DNA from: an uncultured Methanomicrobiales archaeon
GTDB taxonomy: Archaea > Halobacteriota > Methanomicrobia > Methanomicrobiales > Methanospirillaceae
Direction of reading: 5' to 3'
DNA: 64,000 nucleotides
NCBI GenBank assembly: GCA_963697895.1
Contig: OY969100.1
Coordinates: forward strand, 640,001-704,000
Shown here piece after piece: positions 10,231 to 21,001 of this stretch; within the stretch, counting starts at the first letter, position 1, and each line of letters opens with the position of its first letter. The notes beneath the pieces are model-generated. The model saw only the letters and a program-made list of their open reading frames with translations, did not search any database and was not told where the DNA came from. The position numbers were made by a program, and so were the translations under genes.

Positions 10231-10887
10231 TCAGGTATTCTGAAGATGGGGCCGGTTATATCCTAAAATAATGAGATAGACCATCGCCGCGAGGGTTATG
10301 CCGGTACTCACGAGGACGAGCACCTCGAGTATGTCTATATTATCCTGTATCAGGGGTACCAGTCCCGTGAGGTACCCGGCGAGTACGACCGTCAGCGAAA
10401 AGATGATTGCACTACCGATATTGAAGAGGATGAACCGGTTATACCGCATCTTTCCTGCACCGGCAAGAAACGGGGAAAACGTCCGTATAACCGGAATAAA
10501 CCGTGCAAAAAAGATGGTCCTCCCCCCGTACCGTTCAAAAAAGGTATAGGTCTTATTCACGTACTCCTCCCGGATCAGGTGGGGAAATTTTTTCTGGAAG
10601 ACCGGGAGACCCGTACGGCTCCCCAGCCAGTAATTCAGCGTGCTTCCGATAACTGCACCACTGATAAAGATGACCAGCAGATAGGCAAGGTTCAGTTGTC
10701 CCGCAGCTGCAGCTGCCCCGGCGACGAATATCAGGGAGGCCCCCGGGAGAAAAACTGCGAGAATCAGTCCTTCTTCAAACACAATGATGACGAACATGAT
10801 GAGATAGACCCAGAACCCGTACATCCGGATAATTTCCGGAAGAATGGTATCGCATTGGATGATTAACTGAAGGAATTCCGGGATCAT
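10231..10887 (-). CDS. DedA/VTT-family membrane protein (second paralog)
   Basis: EEGLILAVFLPGASLIF, GSTLNYWLG and ARFIPVIRT; convergent with the first paralog. Confidence 0.88.
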   Translation of the reverse strand: MIPEFLQLIIQCDTILPEIIRMYGFWVYLIMFVIIVFEEGLILAVFLPGASLIFVAGAAAAAGQLNLAYLLVIFISGAVIGSTLNYWLGSRTGLPVFQKKFPHLIREEYVNKTYTFFERYGGRTIFFARFIPVIRTFSPFLAGAGKMRYNRFILFNIGSAIIFSLTVVLAGYLTGLVPLIQDNIDILEVLVLVSTGITLAAMVYLIILGYNRPHLQNT

Positions 10888-11038
10888 ATGCCTAAACCCA
10901 TAGGTGTATCCACCTCATTGTTCTTTAGGTCTTCTTGGAAAAACCCATCGAGAAGTAAAATATGTTTCCGGGAGATCAAGGGGAGGAGAATTCCCGGGCA
11001 TTAATCGTGTTTTCACCCGGGCAATATTTCGCAGGAAT

Positions 11039-12106
11039 TCAGCCGGATTGTTCGATTTTCAACCCTTCATTGTCGACCGCCGTGCATATTGCAATCGAAA
11101 GCCCGAGGGATTCGACGATCGGTCTCACTTCTTCGGGGTTTTTCCGGGTAATAACCGCAATTGAGGGGCCGACGGAACTCATGCCTACAAATTCAAGACC
11201 GGCCTCCCGGAGCCGGCTCATGTAATGGTAGATCTCAAAGCTGTGATGCTCCACCTCTGCCCGCTTGGATCCCCGGAAATCGATCTCCCAGATCACTTCC
11301 CCGGCCTTTTCCAGGTTATCTTCTTCGAGGGCCGGAATGAGGTCCATCATCACGAGATATGCCTTGAGTGCCCGGTCCCGGTAATCGAGCATCCGTGCCT
11401 TGTTCATGAGGAGGTCAAATTCCTTATCTCCTGCAGAAGAGATATCCGACGGCGGAATGATGATATATACCCGCTTTCCCTCCGCAAACGGATGATGGTA
11501 GATCAGTGTCAGCTGGTCCCCCATGACTGCCATGCCCCCGTACAGGCTGACCGCCGGGCCTACCCCCGTCTCGAAACCGAATGCAATCTTTCCGTCCACC
11601 GTCTCCTCGACATAGTTATTGCCGATCATCTTTCTGAGCTGGTCTGCGTCGAGCGGGGATCCTACCGCACGGTTCAATGCAGTGGCGAGCGCGATCAGGA
11701 CGGTGCTGGTAGACCCGAGCCCTACATGAGCGTACTGGTGGTCCCGCGCCTTTATCCGGAATCCGCCGGTGTATCCGACGGTCTGCCGGAACACTTCACA
11801 GAAATGGCGGATGATGGAAGACCGGCCATAATCGATCTCCAGGCCCGACGGGATACATTCCGCTTCCACCGTGCAATAGAGCTGGATGGCAAAACCGACA
11901 CCCCCTCCTCCCGGACTTTCCGGTGCGAACCGGTTCATATCCATGACCGTCAGGTGGATTCGTGCCGGTGCAGTAACCGTTATTTTCTTACCAGGCGGCG
12001 CAATGACCGGTTTCTCCGGCAACCGGATCTTTCTGATCCGCTCCCCCGGAGCGAAGGAATTAAACTCGTATTCGACCAGGTCGAGGTCTCCGCCGCGTAT
12101 TTTCAT
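11039..12106 (-). CDS. GHMP-kinase superfamily, beta-RFA-P synthase-like protein
   Basis: APARIHL, GGGGVGF, HVGLGSTS and GMSSVGP, as in beta-ribofuranosylaminobenzene 5'-phosphate synthase homologs. Confidence 0.7.
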   Translation of the reverse strand: MKIRGGDLDLVEYEFNSFAPGERIRKIRLPEKPVIAPPGKKITVTAPARIHLTVMDMNRFAPESPGGGGVGFAIQLYCTVEAECIPSGLEIDYGRSSIIRHFCEVFRQTVGYTGGFRIKARDHQYAHVGLGSTSTVLIALATALNRAVGSPLDADQLRKMIGNNYVEETVDGKIAFGFETGVGPAVSLYGGMAVMGDQLTLIYHHPFAEGKRVYIIIPPSDISSAGDKEFDLLMNKARMLDYRDRALKAYLVMMDLIPALEEDNLEKAGEVIWEIDFRGSKRAEVEHHSFEIYHYMSRLREAGLEFVGMSSVGPSIAVITRKNPEEVRPIVESLGLSIAICTAVDNEGLKIEQSG

Positions 12107-12125
12107 CACCGGCACAAGGCATCTC

Positions 12126-12680
12126 CTATGATGATCTCCGGTCAAAGAAGATATTTTTTCCCGACGCCTTGAGCGGTATTCCATAGGCAACGGTGCAGTC
12201 AGGTACCCATCCGAGTGATATCGCCCCGATTCCTGCCGAATACATCACCCGGTTATCGACGTTGTGAAGGGCGGCTGTCTTCACCGCCGAACCGACGGCA
12301 ATACCGAGATCAGCCATCCGGAGCACGCAGTTCGGGCCTTTGAACGGAGGGGCAGGATGGTCCCCGGCCCTGAAGGCCGCTTCCATTTCCTGGCAGGATG
12401 CAAACCCGCAACCCCTGCAGTTTACCCCGGCGGTTTCCTGCCCGCGGACGCCGATGATCAGGCACGCATCACTCTCTGCCACGTTTCCTGCATCGCGGGA
12501 AAAAAAGCCCATCCCCTGGGATTCTCCAAAGGACCGCATCGCTGCCGCGAGCCGGGTACACTCATTAACGGTCGCGATCCGCGTTAAAATACAATCGATG
12601 CCTTTCGCTTTCGGTGCGGTCCTCGCTGCCAGTTCCATAAAAGCAGCGACCATCTCAACGGCTGACTCCCTCTTATCCAT
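12126..12680 (-). CDS. Ferredoxin-domain protein (DUF2148-like)
   Basis: AARTAPK, NCRGCGFASC, GPNC, DLGIAVGSA and DNRVMYSAG. Confidence 0.8.
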   Translation of the reverse strand: MDKRESAVEMVAAFMELAARTAPKAKGIDCILTRIATVNECTRLAAAMRSFGESQGMGFFSRDAGNVAESDACLIIGVRGQETAGVNCRGCGFASCQEMEAAFRAGDHPAPPFKGPNCVLRMADLGIAVGSAVKTAALHNVDNRVMYSAGIGAISLGWVPDCTVAYGIPLKASGKNIFFDRRSS

Positions 12681-12975
12681 AGGGAAGCTGTGGAGATCCC
12701 ACGATTTATAGATTTAGTCTCCGTACGGAACGCTCCCCCGCAGGAATGCAGGAAAGAGACCCCGCATTATCAGAACTGGAGGAAGAGAGACTCCCGCCTC
12801 GTCTCCGGTTGCTGTCCGGATTTCCCGAAAGGGTTGGTCCATTCGTTTTATGACAATATAAACAATCGCGACTGGACCGTTATTTATTATTTATCCGGTA
12901 ATATATCTCAGAATATCCGCGTTGAACAGCGCCGTTGACCCAAAATAAATACGATGAAGTCTCAAATTGATTCAC

Positions 12976-14160
12976 ATGACAGTCAGAGAGATAAAACCGG
13001 GTGTCTATAGCGTCGGCGCCCTTGATTTCGACCGGCGGCTCTTCGAAGCACTGATACCCACACCCCACGGGACCAGCTATAATGCATACCTGATCAGAGG
13101 TTCGGAGAAGACGGCCCTGATCGACACGGTCGATCCGTCCAGGGAATTCGAGCTGGTGTGCAACATTATCCGGTCGAATACCGAAAAAATCGATTATATC
13201 GTCTCAAACCATGCAGAACAGGATCATTCCGGTACGCTTCCGATGATGCTCGAACTCTTCCCGGATGCCCGTGTCCTCGCCAATGAAAAATGCCGGGACA
13301 CGCTGATCGAACTCCTCGAACTTCCGGAAAACCGTTTCTCCGTTATAAAAGATCGCGAAATTGTATCGCTCGGAGATAAGACGCTCGAATTTATCAGTGC
13401 CCCCTGGGTCCACTGGCCCGAAACGATGCTCACCTATCTCAGGGAAGACCGCATACTCTTTACCTGCGATCTCTTTGGATCCCATTCTGCGACGACCGAT
13501 CTCTATGCGGACGATGAAAAATCCCTATATAATGCTGCAAAGAGATATTATGCAGAGATCATGATGCCGTTCCGGGTCAGCATCAAGGGGCATATCGAAA
13601 AGATACAGCCGCTTCCCCTCGATATGATCGCGCCCAGTCACGGTCCCGTATACCGCAGACCGGAGTTCATCCTCGGAGCATACCGCGACTGGATCTCGGA
13701 CGAGGTAAAGAACGAAGTGGTCATTCCCTACATATCCATGCACGGAAGCACGAAAAAAATGGTGGATTACCTGACCGGCGCCCTGATCGAGCGGGGAATC
13801 CGGGTTCACCCGTTCGACATACCCGTGACGGACCTGGGGGAACTTACCATGGCACTGGTCGATGCGGCAACGCTGGTGATCGGTACACCGACCATGCTCT
13901 TCGGTCCGCACCCCGGGATCGTCTCACCGGTGTATCTGGCTAACGTCCTGAAACCAAAGACAAAATTTGCATCCATCATCGGGTCGTACGGGTGGGGAGG
14001 AAAGACGGTAGACACCCTGTCCGGAATGCTCGACCATATCAAACCCGAAATGCTACCCCCGGTATATGTAAAAGGTGCTCCAACCGCGGAGACACTCCGG
14101 CTGCTCGACCACCTCGCCGATGAGATCCGGGATCGCCACAAATCACTGAGTATTCTTTAA
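12976..14160 (+). CDS. fprA: Flavodiiron protein (A-type flavoprotein)
   Basis: GTSYNAYLI, NHAEQDHSG, HWPE, CDLFG and PSHG in a metallo-beta-lactamase domain, plus a flavodoxin domain (SMHGST, GSYGWGG). Confidence 0.92.
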   Translation: MTVREIKPGVYSVGALDFDRRLFEALIPTPHGTSYNAYLIRGSEKTALIDTVDPSREFELVCNIIRSNTEKIDYIVSNHAEQDHSGTLPMMLELFPDARVLANEKCRDTLIELLELPENRFSVIKDREIVSLGDKTLEFISAPWVHWPETMLTYLREDRILFTCDLFGSHSATTDLYADDEKSLYNAAKRYYAEIMMPFRVSIKGHIEKIQPLPLDMIAPSHGPVYRRPEFILGAYRDWISDEVKNEVVIPYISMHGSTKKMVDYLTGALIERGIRVHPFDIPVTDLGELTMALVDAATLVIGTPTMLFGPHPGIVSPVYLANVLKPKTKFASIIGSYGWGGKTVDTLSGMLDHIKPEMLPPVYVKGAPTAETLRLLDHLADEIRDRHKSLSIL

Positions 14161-14533
14161 AATCACGCGATTCCAGAAGGCTTGTCACGGAAACAGATCG
14201 ACCCCGTGAAACGAGAACCCTCCCTTCTTTTATGGAAAGCAAATTTGATTCTATTTGCGGGTATTTGCAGGGAATCACGGATATCGCCGTATAAATGTCA
14301 CAACAATTATAAGTATGCATGTACTACCTGTACATGAAACTGGCATGGCCGGTATACAGGAAACAAATTCAAATGCTGATACTCTATGGAAACATACACT
14401 GATACTCTCTCAGCATCTACTGTTATCCCTGGCCGTGCCATGTCAGTTAATGTTCCTTCCTGACCCGGGTAATTAGCATGCCCTGGAGATCCCGGTTAAC
14501 GGGGGATATTCTTCTGATATTCAGTACCCTATC

Positions 14534-14698
14534 CTAACCTGACAGGGTGCATCCGAAATCCGGAGATTACGGACACCCGGCACATTCTTCATAACATTCC
14601 GGATCTTATTCTAACCTGCCAGGTGCATCCGAATATCCGGGGGATTACGGATAACGGGCACATTCTTCATTACATACCGGATCTTATTCTAACCTGAG
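14534..14698. repeat. Imperfect 77-78 bp tandem duplication ending at the prk start codon
   Basis: CTAACCTG..GGTGCATCCGAA..GATTACGGA..GGCACATTCTTCAT..CCGGATCTTATT at 14534 and 14611, with a third CTAACCTG at 14689. Confidence 0.9.
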
Positions 14699-15649
14699 AT
14701 GAAGTGCCCAAATTTCAAGGACATTATCGTATCTTCGCCGCGGATATTTACGATCGGGGTTGCTGGCGACAGTGGGTCGGGAAAGACAACATTCACCGGC
14801 GCGATCCGGACAATTTTTGGCGCTGACCTGGTATCCACCATCACGCTGGACGACTATCACATCTATGACCGGGAAGAGCGGCAGAAACGCCATATAACAC
14901 CCCTCGCCCCGGAAGCAAATGATCTTCTGCGCCTTGAGAGGGATCTCGCCGCACTGAAACGAGGAGAGGAGATCCAAAAACCGGTTTACAACCACCATAA
15001 CGGGCGGCTCGATGAGCCGGTATCTTTCTCCCCGACAAAGATCGTCATCCTGGAAGGGTTGCTCACCCTGTTTACTCCCCGCCTCCGTGCACTCATGGAT
15101 TTTACCCTGTTTGTCGATCCGGCACCGGATGTAAGACATGAATGGAAGATCCGGCGAGATGTCCATTCACGGGGATATCCGGCCTCCGATGTGCTCAGGG
15201 AGATCGCGGAGCGCGATCCGGATTATCATGCATATATCGAACCCCAGCAGCAGTTTGCCGATGCCATCATCAGGATAGCCCATTCCCGATACGAGGGAGG
15301 CCCGGTGGAGAACATTTACCAGGTCACGCTCTACCAGAAAAAGCTCGACCGTATCTGTGAGGATATCGATCTCTCCATCAATCTCTTCGACCTCCTCTCG
15401 CTCGGTGACCGTAATTTCCTTCTGGAGTATCACCCCGAGGAACTCTTCGGGAGGGAGATGAGCGCACTTACCTTCGACGGAGAACTCAATTCCGATATCG
15501 TTCGTACCCTGGAACGAAGCATCGAAGCACAGACCCGGCTTCATCCGATCGCCCTCTTCGGGAACCGGCCTGCCGTAACCGCGGGGGAGATCGTTCAGCT
15601 GATCCTCAGCTGGAGGATCATCAACCGGCGAATCTTTCTGGAGATGTGA
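14699..15649 (+). CDS. prk: Phosphoribulokinase (archaeal type)
   Basis: [41 protein letters not shown] and YIEPQ match PRK-specific motifs. Confidence 0.85.
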   Translation: MKCPNFKDIIVSSPRIFTIGVAGDSGSGKTTFTGAIRTIFGADLVSTITLDDYHIYDREERQKRHITPLAPEANDLLRLERDLAALKRGEEIQKPVYNHHNGRLDEPVSFSPTKIVILEGLLTLFTPRLRALMDFTLFVDPAPDVRHEWKIRRDVHSRGYPASDVLREIAERDPDYHAYIEPQQQFADAIIRIAHSRYEGGPVENIYQVTLYQKKLDRICEDIDLSINLFDLLSLGDRNFLLEYHPEELFGREMSALTFDGELNSDIVRTLERSIEAQTRLHPIALFGNRPAVTAGEIVQLILSWRIINRRIFLEM

Positions 15650-15834
15650 CCGAGAAGAAAGCGGCAGATTCTTTGCCGGGATATCAACTGCTATGTCACT
15701 ACCCGCCGGTCTCCGGCAGCATTTTTTTCAGGTACAGAGTACCCACCTCACGCTTTACTAAATACCCGGAGCACAAGCCTGGTGGTGTTAACACCAGTAT
15801 ACCTAATATAAAATGCAGACCAACGTATTACGGA

Positions 15835-16653
15835 ATGAAACAGATTGCCCTCTACGGCAAGGGTGGGATTGGGAAATCGACAACCTCTGCAAACCTTTCC
15901 GCTGCCCTGTCGGATCTGGGCCTCGATATCCTTCAGATTGGATGTGATCCCAAAAGGGACAGCACCCGCATGCTCATGCAGGGCCGGCTCATACCGACGG
16001 TGATGGACCTGGTCCGGAGCCAGGGCGACGCGTCGATCACCCTCGGGGATATTGTGTTCGAGGGCTATCACCACGTACGGTGCGTCGAGGCCGGCGGCCC
16101 CGAACCGGGTGTCGGGTGTGCCGGGCGGGGAATTATCGCGACATTTCAGATCCTGGAACGGCTCGGTGCGCTCCATGGGGATGTCATCGTCTATGATGTG
16201 CTCGGGGATGTAGTCTGTGGCGGGTTCGCCATGCCCATGAGGGAAGGATATGCGGAAGAAGTCTACCTGGTGACGTCGGGAGAGCTGATGTCGCTCTATG
16301 CAGCAAATAATATCTGTAAGGCGATCCACCGGCTTTCACAGCGGGTTAAAAGCAGGTGCCGGCTCGCCGGCGTGATCTGCAACGCAAAGAACATCAATCG
16401 TGAGGAAGAGCTGGTCGCGGAGTTTGCGGAACGGATCCACAGCACCCTCATTCAATACATCCCCCGGGACAGGATCGTTCAGATCGCGGAACTGAATAAA
16501 AGAACCGTCATCGAATACGCACCGGACTCCCCCCAGGCGAGTGCATACCGTGCGCTTGCCTCATCCGTCCTTGAAAACAGGAGGCTCGATATTCCGAGAC
16601 CGATGGAGATCGATGAACTTGAATCCCTCGCCCTTGAATATATCGAGAGCTGA
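15835..16653 (+). CDS. Nitrogenase Fe-protein homolog (NifH/CfbC-like reductase)
   Basis: [34 protein letters not shown] and [11 protein letters not shown], with both [4Fe-4S] cysteines. Start taken at MKQIAL. Confidence 0.92.
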   Translation: MKQIALYGKGGIGKSTTSANLSAALSDLGLDILQIGCDPKRDSTRMLMQGRLIPTVMDLVRSQGDASITLGDIVFEGYHHVRCVEAGGPEPGVGCAGRGIIATFQILERLGALHGDVIVYDVLGDVVCGGFAMPMREGYAEEVYLVTSGELMSLYAANNICKAIHRLSQRVKSRCRLAGVICNAKNINREEELVAEFAERIHSTLIQYIPRDRIVQIAELNKRTVIEYAPDSPQASAYRALASSVLENRRLDIPRPMEIDELESLALEYIES

Positions 16654-17656
16654 AGGGTGCACCCTCACGGGCGCTTTGTCGGTGACCACCTCGGTCATGG
16701 ACGCAGTCAGCATCGTGCACGGGCCGGCCGGATGTGCTCACCATAATTTTTCTCTTCTCCATGCGACCGGTCTCGATAACGACGTGATCCTCATCCCCCG
16801 GATCGTCTCCACCGCGATGAGTGAGAAGGATGTCATCTTCGGAGGGGAGGATTCGCTCTCGGCTGTCCTGAAGCGGGTGACCGCTACACATCCCGCATGT
16901 ATATTTGTCCTGACCTCGTGCATAGCGGATACCATCGGTGACGATGCCGGCGCGGTTTGCCGGAACAACGGGTCGGTTCCGGTCCATGTAATCCCATCCG
17001 GCGGATTTCTCGGGGGAGGTTTTCAGACCGGATATGAACGCGCCCTCTGTTCCCTCTCGGTCCTGGCTGATGAGCCCGGATGCGTCGGGGGGGTGACCCT
17101 TATAGGGGAGAAGAACCTCGAGTTTGAGGCCGAGCAGAACTTCCAGGAGGTTAAACGCCTCCTTATGCTGCTGGATCTCGACGTGACCCTGCGTTTCGTG
17201 AGAAAAATACCGTATGCAGATATCAGACGTCTTTCATGCGGTTCTCTGAATATCCTCCGGGATCCCGGTATTGAGATCATCGGCCGGAGTCTTCGGAGCC
17301 GCTTCGGGACACCGTTCATCGGATCGTTCCCGGTCGGCCTCTCCGGCACTCTTTCCTTTCTGGCGCAGGTCGCGGATGTTTTGGGTATCGACGCCTCTAT
17401 CGCAGTTAAATCGGAACGATCGATTCAGGAAGGGATCATACGCTCGTTCGACAATATCCGGGGATATAACATATGCCTGGATGGAGATTCACGAAGAGAT
17501 CCGGAAGTTCATGGACCGCTCGAAGAGTTGATCGATCTCCTGGATCTCACCCTCTCCCCCGGCGGAACAGGTTTGCCCGTCCCGGTTCCGTTCCCCGTCG
17601 GAAGCAACGGGATCCGGAGGATGCTCCACCGGTGGAGGAGAGTGCTCCGTGCCTGA
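16613..17656 (+). CDS. Short nitrogenase component-1 homolog (NifD/E-like, about 347 aa)
   Basis: [22 protein letters not shown] and [11 protein letters not shown]; overlaps the nifH-like gene. Confidence 0.82.
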   Translation: MNLNPSPLNISRAEGCTLTGALSVTTSVMDAVSIVHGPAGCAHHNFSLLHATGLDNDVILIPRIVSTAMSEKDVIFGGEDSLSAVLKRVTATHPACIFVLTSCIADTIGDDAGAVCRNNGSVPVHVIPSGGFLGGGFQTGYERALCSLSVLADEPGCVGGVTLIGEKNLEFEAEQNFQEVKRLLMLLDLDVTLRFVRKIPYADIRRLSCGSLNILRDPGIEIIGRSLRSRFGTPFIGSFPVGLSGTLSFLAQVADVLGIDASIAVKSERSIQEGIIRSFDNIRGYNICLDGDSRRDPEVHGPLEELIDLLDLTLSPGGTGLPVPVPFPVGSNGIRRMLHRWRRVLRA

Positions 17657-18782
17657 ATGTTCCAATCCGGTCTGGCCCTGTGCGATGACCGGGGCATGTG
17701 CCTGTGTTGCGGGATTTGAAGGGGCAGCGGTCATAATCCACGGCCCGAGCGGATGTTATTTCTACCCGGCGACCGTCCTCCACCGAAAGCTCTACTGCAC
17801 CTTCCTTATCGAGGAGGATATCATACATGGGACAGAGGAGCGGCTGATCGGGCTGATCAGGAGCTTTCCCCGGAATACCAGAAGATTGCAGTCATTACCA
17901 CCTGCGTACCATCGCTGATCGGGGAGGATCTGAAGGGTCTCGTCGATTCCCGCGACGTTATCTTCATCGACATTCCCGGATTTCTCGGGGAGTTCGAGCT
18001 CGGATATCTTCATGCCCTGGAGAAACTCCCGGTGAAGGAAGACCCGCAGGCACCGGGGGTCAATCTTGACGGACTGAACCTGATGGACCCGTTTTGCCGG
18101 GGTAACATCGTCGAAGGAAAACGAATTCTTGACAGGATGAATGTACCGACGGGCACGGTGCTCTGCAATGATCGGGTGGAGAACCTCGGGCGCCTCTCCC
18201 CGTATACGATCGGAACGAACCCGGATCTGAGTAGCGGCCGGGGAAGACGACTCGGATCGATGCTTGGTCTCGAAGGAGTACGATCGGTCTGCTGCGAGAT
18301 AGCGAATCACTTTCCCTCTGCAGAACCCGGACCGGTATTCGACGAAACCGATGCCGCAGAGGATCTTATTACCCGGGCATGCGACCGGTATTTAAAACGA
18401 TATGACCCCCCGTCCGTCCTTATTTTCGGGGTTTTCTCCTATGCACTGTGCGTCGCGGAACTCCTGAAACGGTTTTTGGATGCGGATATCCTTCTGATAG
18501 GGTCGCGGAACGGGATCGCTTCGTCCCCGTTCAGGACCGAACAGGTGACCGATCTCGATCGTATCGCCGGACTCATCCGCGAACTTGAACCGGACCTGGT
18601 CTTTGGATCCTCTTTCGAACATTCCCTCCGGGGGAATGCCGGTTTCGTCGCATTAACCCCGCCCCTCCGGGGTACTGGTACGGCTCCGGTCCCAACCCCT
18701 CACCGGGATCGAGGGGTCACTCTCCTGCATGGAAGAAACGCTCAACGCGTGTATGGATCAGAAACGAAGAACGAATTGTTGA
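17649..18782 (+). CDS. Short nitrogenase component-1 homolog (NifK/N-like), frameshifts near 17858 and 18674
   Basis: PCAMTGA and HGPSGC in ORF 17649, then TTCVPSLIGED and PDLVFGSSFE in ORF 17753. The restored tail ...PLTGIEGSLSCMEETLNAC ends at TGA 18782. Confidence 0.78.
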
Positions 18783-18888
18783 AGGCGGGAAACACCCCTG
18801 CGGACACGATCCGGGCGTTTCACTTTCACACCGCGCAGAATGAACGGTTATATACCGCGGTTTGAGAGATATAGTCAGAGACAGGAAA

Positions 18889-19341
18889 ATGATGAAGAAA
18901 GCGGGATACATCGAACGGTGCGGTTGGGCTGCCCTGGATGAACACGGTGTACCCTGCGAGATCATCGCCCTTCACATTCAGGGCGCAACGTTCGGTGTCC
19001 GGTCCGATGCATTGATCGGTGCGGTAACGGGGGGTATTGCGGCCCGGATAGAGCGGATACAGCGCAACTGGAAAGATTACATGGAAGGGTATGCCGGAAG
19101 GGTGATGGTTTCAAAGTCCGGAAGAGCGCTGAATATCGAGCTCTTCAGCGGGGATAAATTCACCGTTTCCCTTGATGCGGTCCGGGATGTTATTGTTAAA
19201 AGAGCACGTTTTGCCACGATCGTCCAGATTCCGGACCGATCGTTGTTTGCTCCTCAAAAGGACCACAGGATAACTGAATTTGGGGAGATCTCCCCTCGTT
19301 CCTGCCAGGCGTTTGAGATCTCCGGGAAGCTGACCGCCTGA
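18889..19341 (+). CDS. Hypothetical protein
   Basis: ORF of about 150 aa filling the gap between neighbours, with TTATATA upstream. No family recognised. Confidence 0.55.
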   Translation: MMKKAGYIERCGWAALDEHGVPCEIIALHIQGATFGVRSDALIGAVTGGIAARIERIQRNWKDYMEGYAGRVMVSKSGRALNIELFSGDKFTVSLDAVRDVIVKRARFATIVQIPDRSLFAPQKDHRITEFGEISPRSCQAFEISGKLTA

Positions 19342-19403
19342 CTAGGGAACAACCGACTTCCCGTCCGTAAGAACCAAGTTGAGATTTTGTTGCCGGAGAA
19401 AGA

Positions 19404-20522
19404 TCATCCTTTTCTGATAAGATTGGCAACGTAATCCCCCACTGCCCTCGTTCCCGCACTCCCGCCCATATCCTTCGTCACCACGCCGTCGAGGATCGCC
19501 CGGCTGATGGACTTGAGGATCCGTTCTGCTGCTGCATGTTCACCGACATGGTCAAGCAGCATCGATCCTGCCCATATCGTGGCAAATGGATTCGCCACGT
19601 TCAACCCTTTATATTTTGGCGCTGAACCATGGATAGGTTCGAACATCGATATGCCCCCGGGGCTGATATTTCCTCCCGGGGCAAGGCCGAGGCCTCCCTG
19701 TATCATCGCGCCGAGATCGGTGATGATATCCCCGAACATGTTCGGAGTGACCACGACATCGAACCATTCGGGATTCTTCACGAACCACATCGTGATGGCA
19801 TCCACAAAGGCAAATTCCGTGACCACACCGGGATGCCGTCCCGCACATTCCGAGAACACATCCCGCCAGAGCCCGTAGATATCGCTGAGTACATTCGCCT
19901 TATCGACCGATGTAAGTTTCTTTCGCCGTCTTTCTGCCTGTTCGAAGGCATAGGTGATCACCCGCTCCGCCCCTTCCCGGGTGATCACCCCGATCTGGTA
20001 CGCGATCTCATCGGCATCGCTCTCGACGTCGAGCCCAAACCGTATCGTGTACAGGGTGCGGATTATCTCGAGGGTTTTCTGTTCCCGTGAAGAGCGGAAC
20101 CGGGACCCGATCCCGACATAGAAGTCCTCCGTATTTTCCCGGACCACCAGGAAATCGATTTCTGCGGGGGTTTTTCCGGCGAGCGGCGTGCTTACCCCGG
20201 GAAGGAGTTTTATCGGCCGTAAGTTGATGTACTGGTCGAAGTAAAACCGCAGTGCGAGTAGTATCCCTTTCTCCAGAATCCCGGTCCGGACTCGTTCGTC
20301 GCCGATCGCCCCGAAGTAAATGGCATGGAAACGACCGAGCTCCTGCAGTTCCTCCTCGGTGATGAGTTCCCCGCTCGCAAGATACCGATCGGCACCGATC
20401 GGAAAATCCTGCCACTCGATCGTGAAACCGAAGCGGTCAGCCGCAGCATCCAGTACTTTTTTGCCTTCATGGAGAATCTCAGGACCGATCCCATCCCCGC
20501 CTATCGCTGCGATCCGGTACAC
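19404..20522 (-). CDS. leuB: 3-isopropylmalate dehydrogenase (isocitrate/isopropylmalate dehydrogenase family)
   Basis: [26 protein letters not shown] and EPIHGSAP; operon with leuC/D. Confidence 0.8.
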   Translation of the reverse strand: MYRIAAIGGDGIGPEILHEGKKVLDAAADRFGFTIEWQDFPIGADRYLASGELITEEELQELGRFHAIYFGAIGDERVRTGILEKGILLALRFYFDQYINLRPIKLLPGVSTPLAGKTPAEIDFLVVRENTEDFYVGIGSRFRSSREQKTLEIIRTLYTIRFGLDVESDADEIAYQIGVITREGAERVITYAFEQAERRRKKLTSVDKANVLSDIYGLWRDVFSECAGRHPGVVTEFAFVDAITMWFVKNPEWFDVVVTPNMFGDIITDLGAMIQGGLGLAPGGNISPGGISMFEPIHGSAPKYKGLNVANPFATIWAGSMLLDHVGEHAAAERILKSISRAILDGVVTKDMGGSAGTRAVGDYVANLIRKG

Positions 20523-21001
20523 AGGGGCACCTCCTTCATCCCCTTCGCATATGCGACGAGCCCTCCGGCGTCGATGATCTCCTGAAGAAACGACGGTATC
20601 GGATCGACCCGGTACATGCCGCCATCCGTCTCAACCGTCCCCTTTTCGAGATCGACTGATATCCGGTCCCCATCCCTGATCCCGTCCGCATCTGCGCAGA
20701 CCAGCGGCAGGAGAGCGACGCTGATCGCATTCCGGTAAAATATCCGTGCAAATGACTCTGCGATCACGATATGAACCCCGCACCCGAGGAGAGCGAGCGG
20801 TGCATGCTCCCTCGAGGAACCGCATCCGAAATTACGCCCCCCCACGACAACATCTCCCTCCCTGACATCCCGGGCGAATTCGTCGCGGGTGCCTTCAAAC
20901 GCATGGATGGCAAGATCTTTTGGATCATTGAGTATGAGGAACCGCCCGGGAATGATCGCGTCGGTATCGATATTATCTCCGAATTTCCAGGCCCTCATCA
21001 T
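20501..21001 (-). CDS. leuD: Isopropylmalate isomerase small subunit
   Basis: [21 protein letters not shown] and SFARIF. The substrate loop FLIL is hydrophobic like IPMI (YLVY type) rather than homoaconitase (YLRT type). Confidence 0.8.
   Translation of the reverse strand: MMRAWKFGDNIDTDAIIPGRFLILNDPKDLAIHAFEGTRDEFARDVREGDVVVGGRNFGCGSSREHAPLALLGCGVHIVIAESFARIFYRNAISVALLPLVCADADGIRDGDRISVDLEKGTVETDGGMYRVDPIPSFLQEIIDAGGLVAYAKGMKEVPLCTGSQR

Noticed and set aside
14534-14698. 77-bp periodic repeats as a mini-CRISPR
   Set aside because: The whole unit is duplicated, so there are no unique spacers.
15835-18782. True nitrogen-fixation (nif) cluster
   Set aside because: The component-1 homologs are too short, show no FeMo-co ligand motifs, and have no nifENB or nifI genes nearby.
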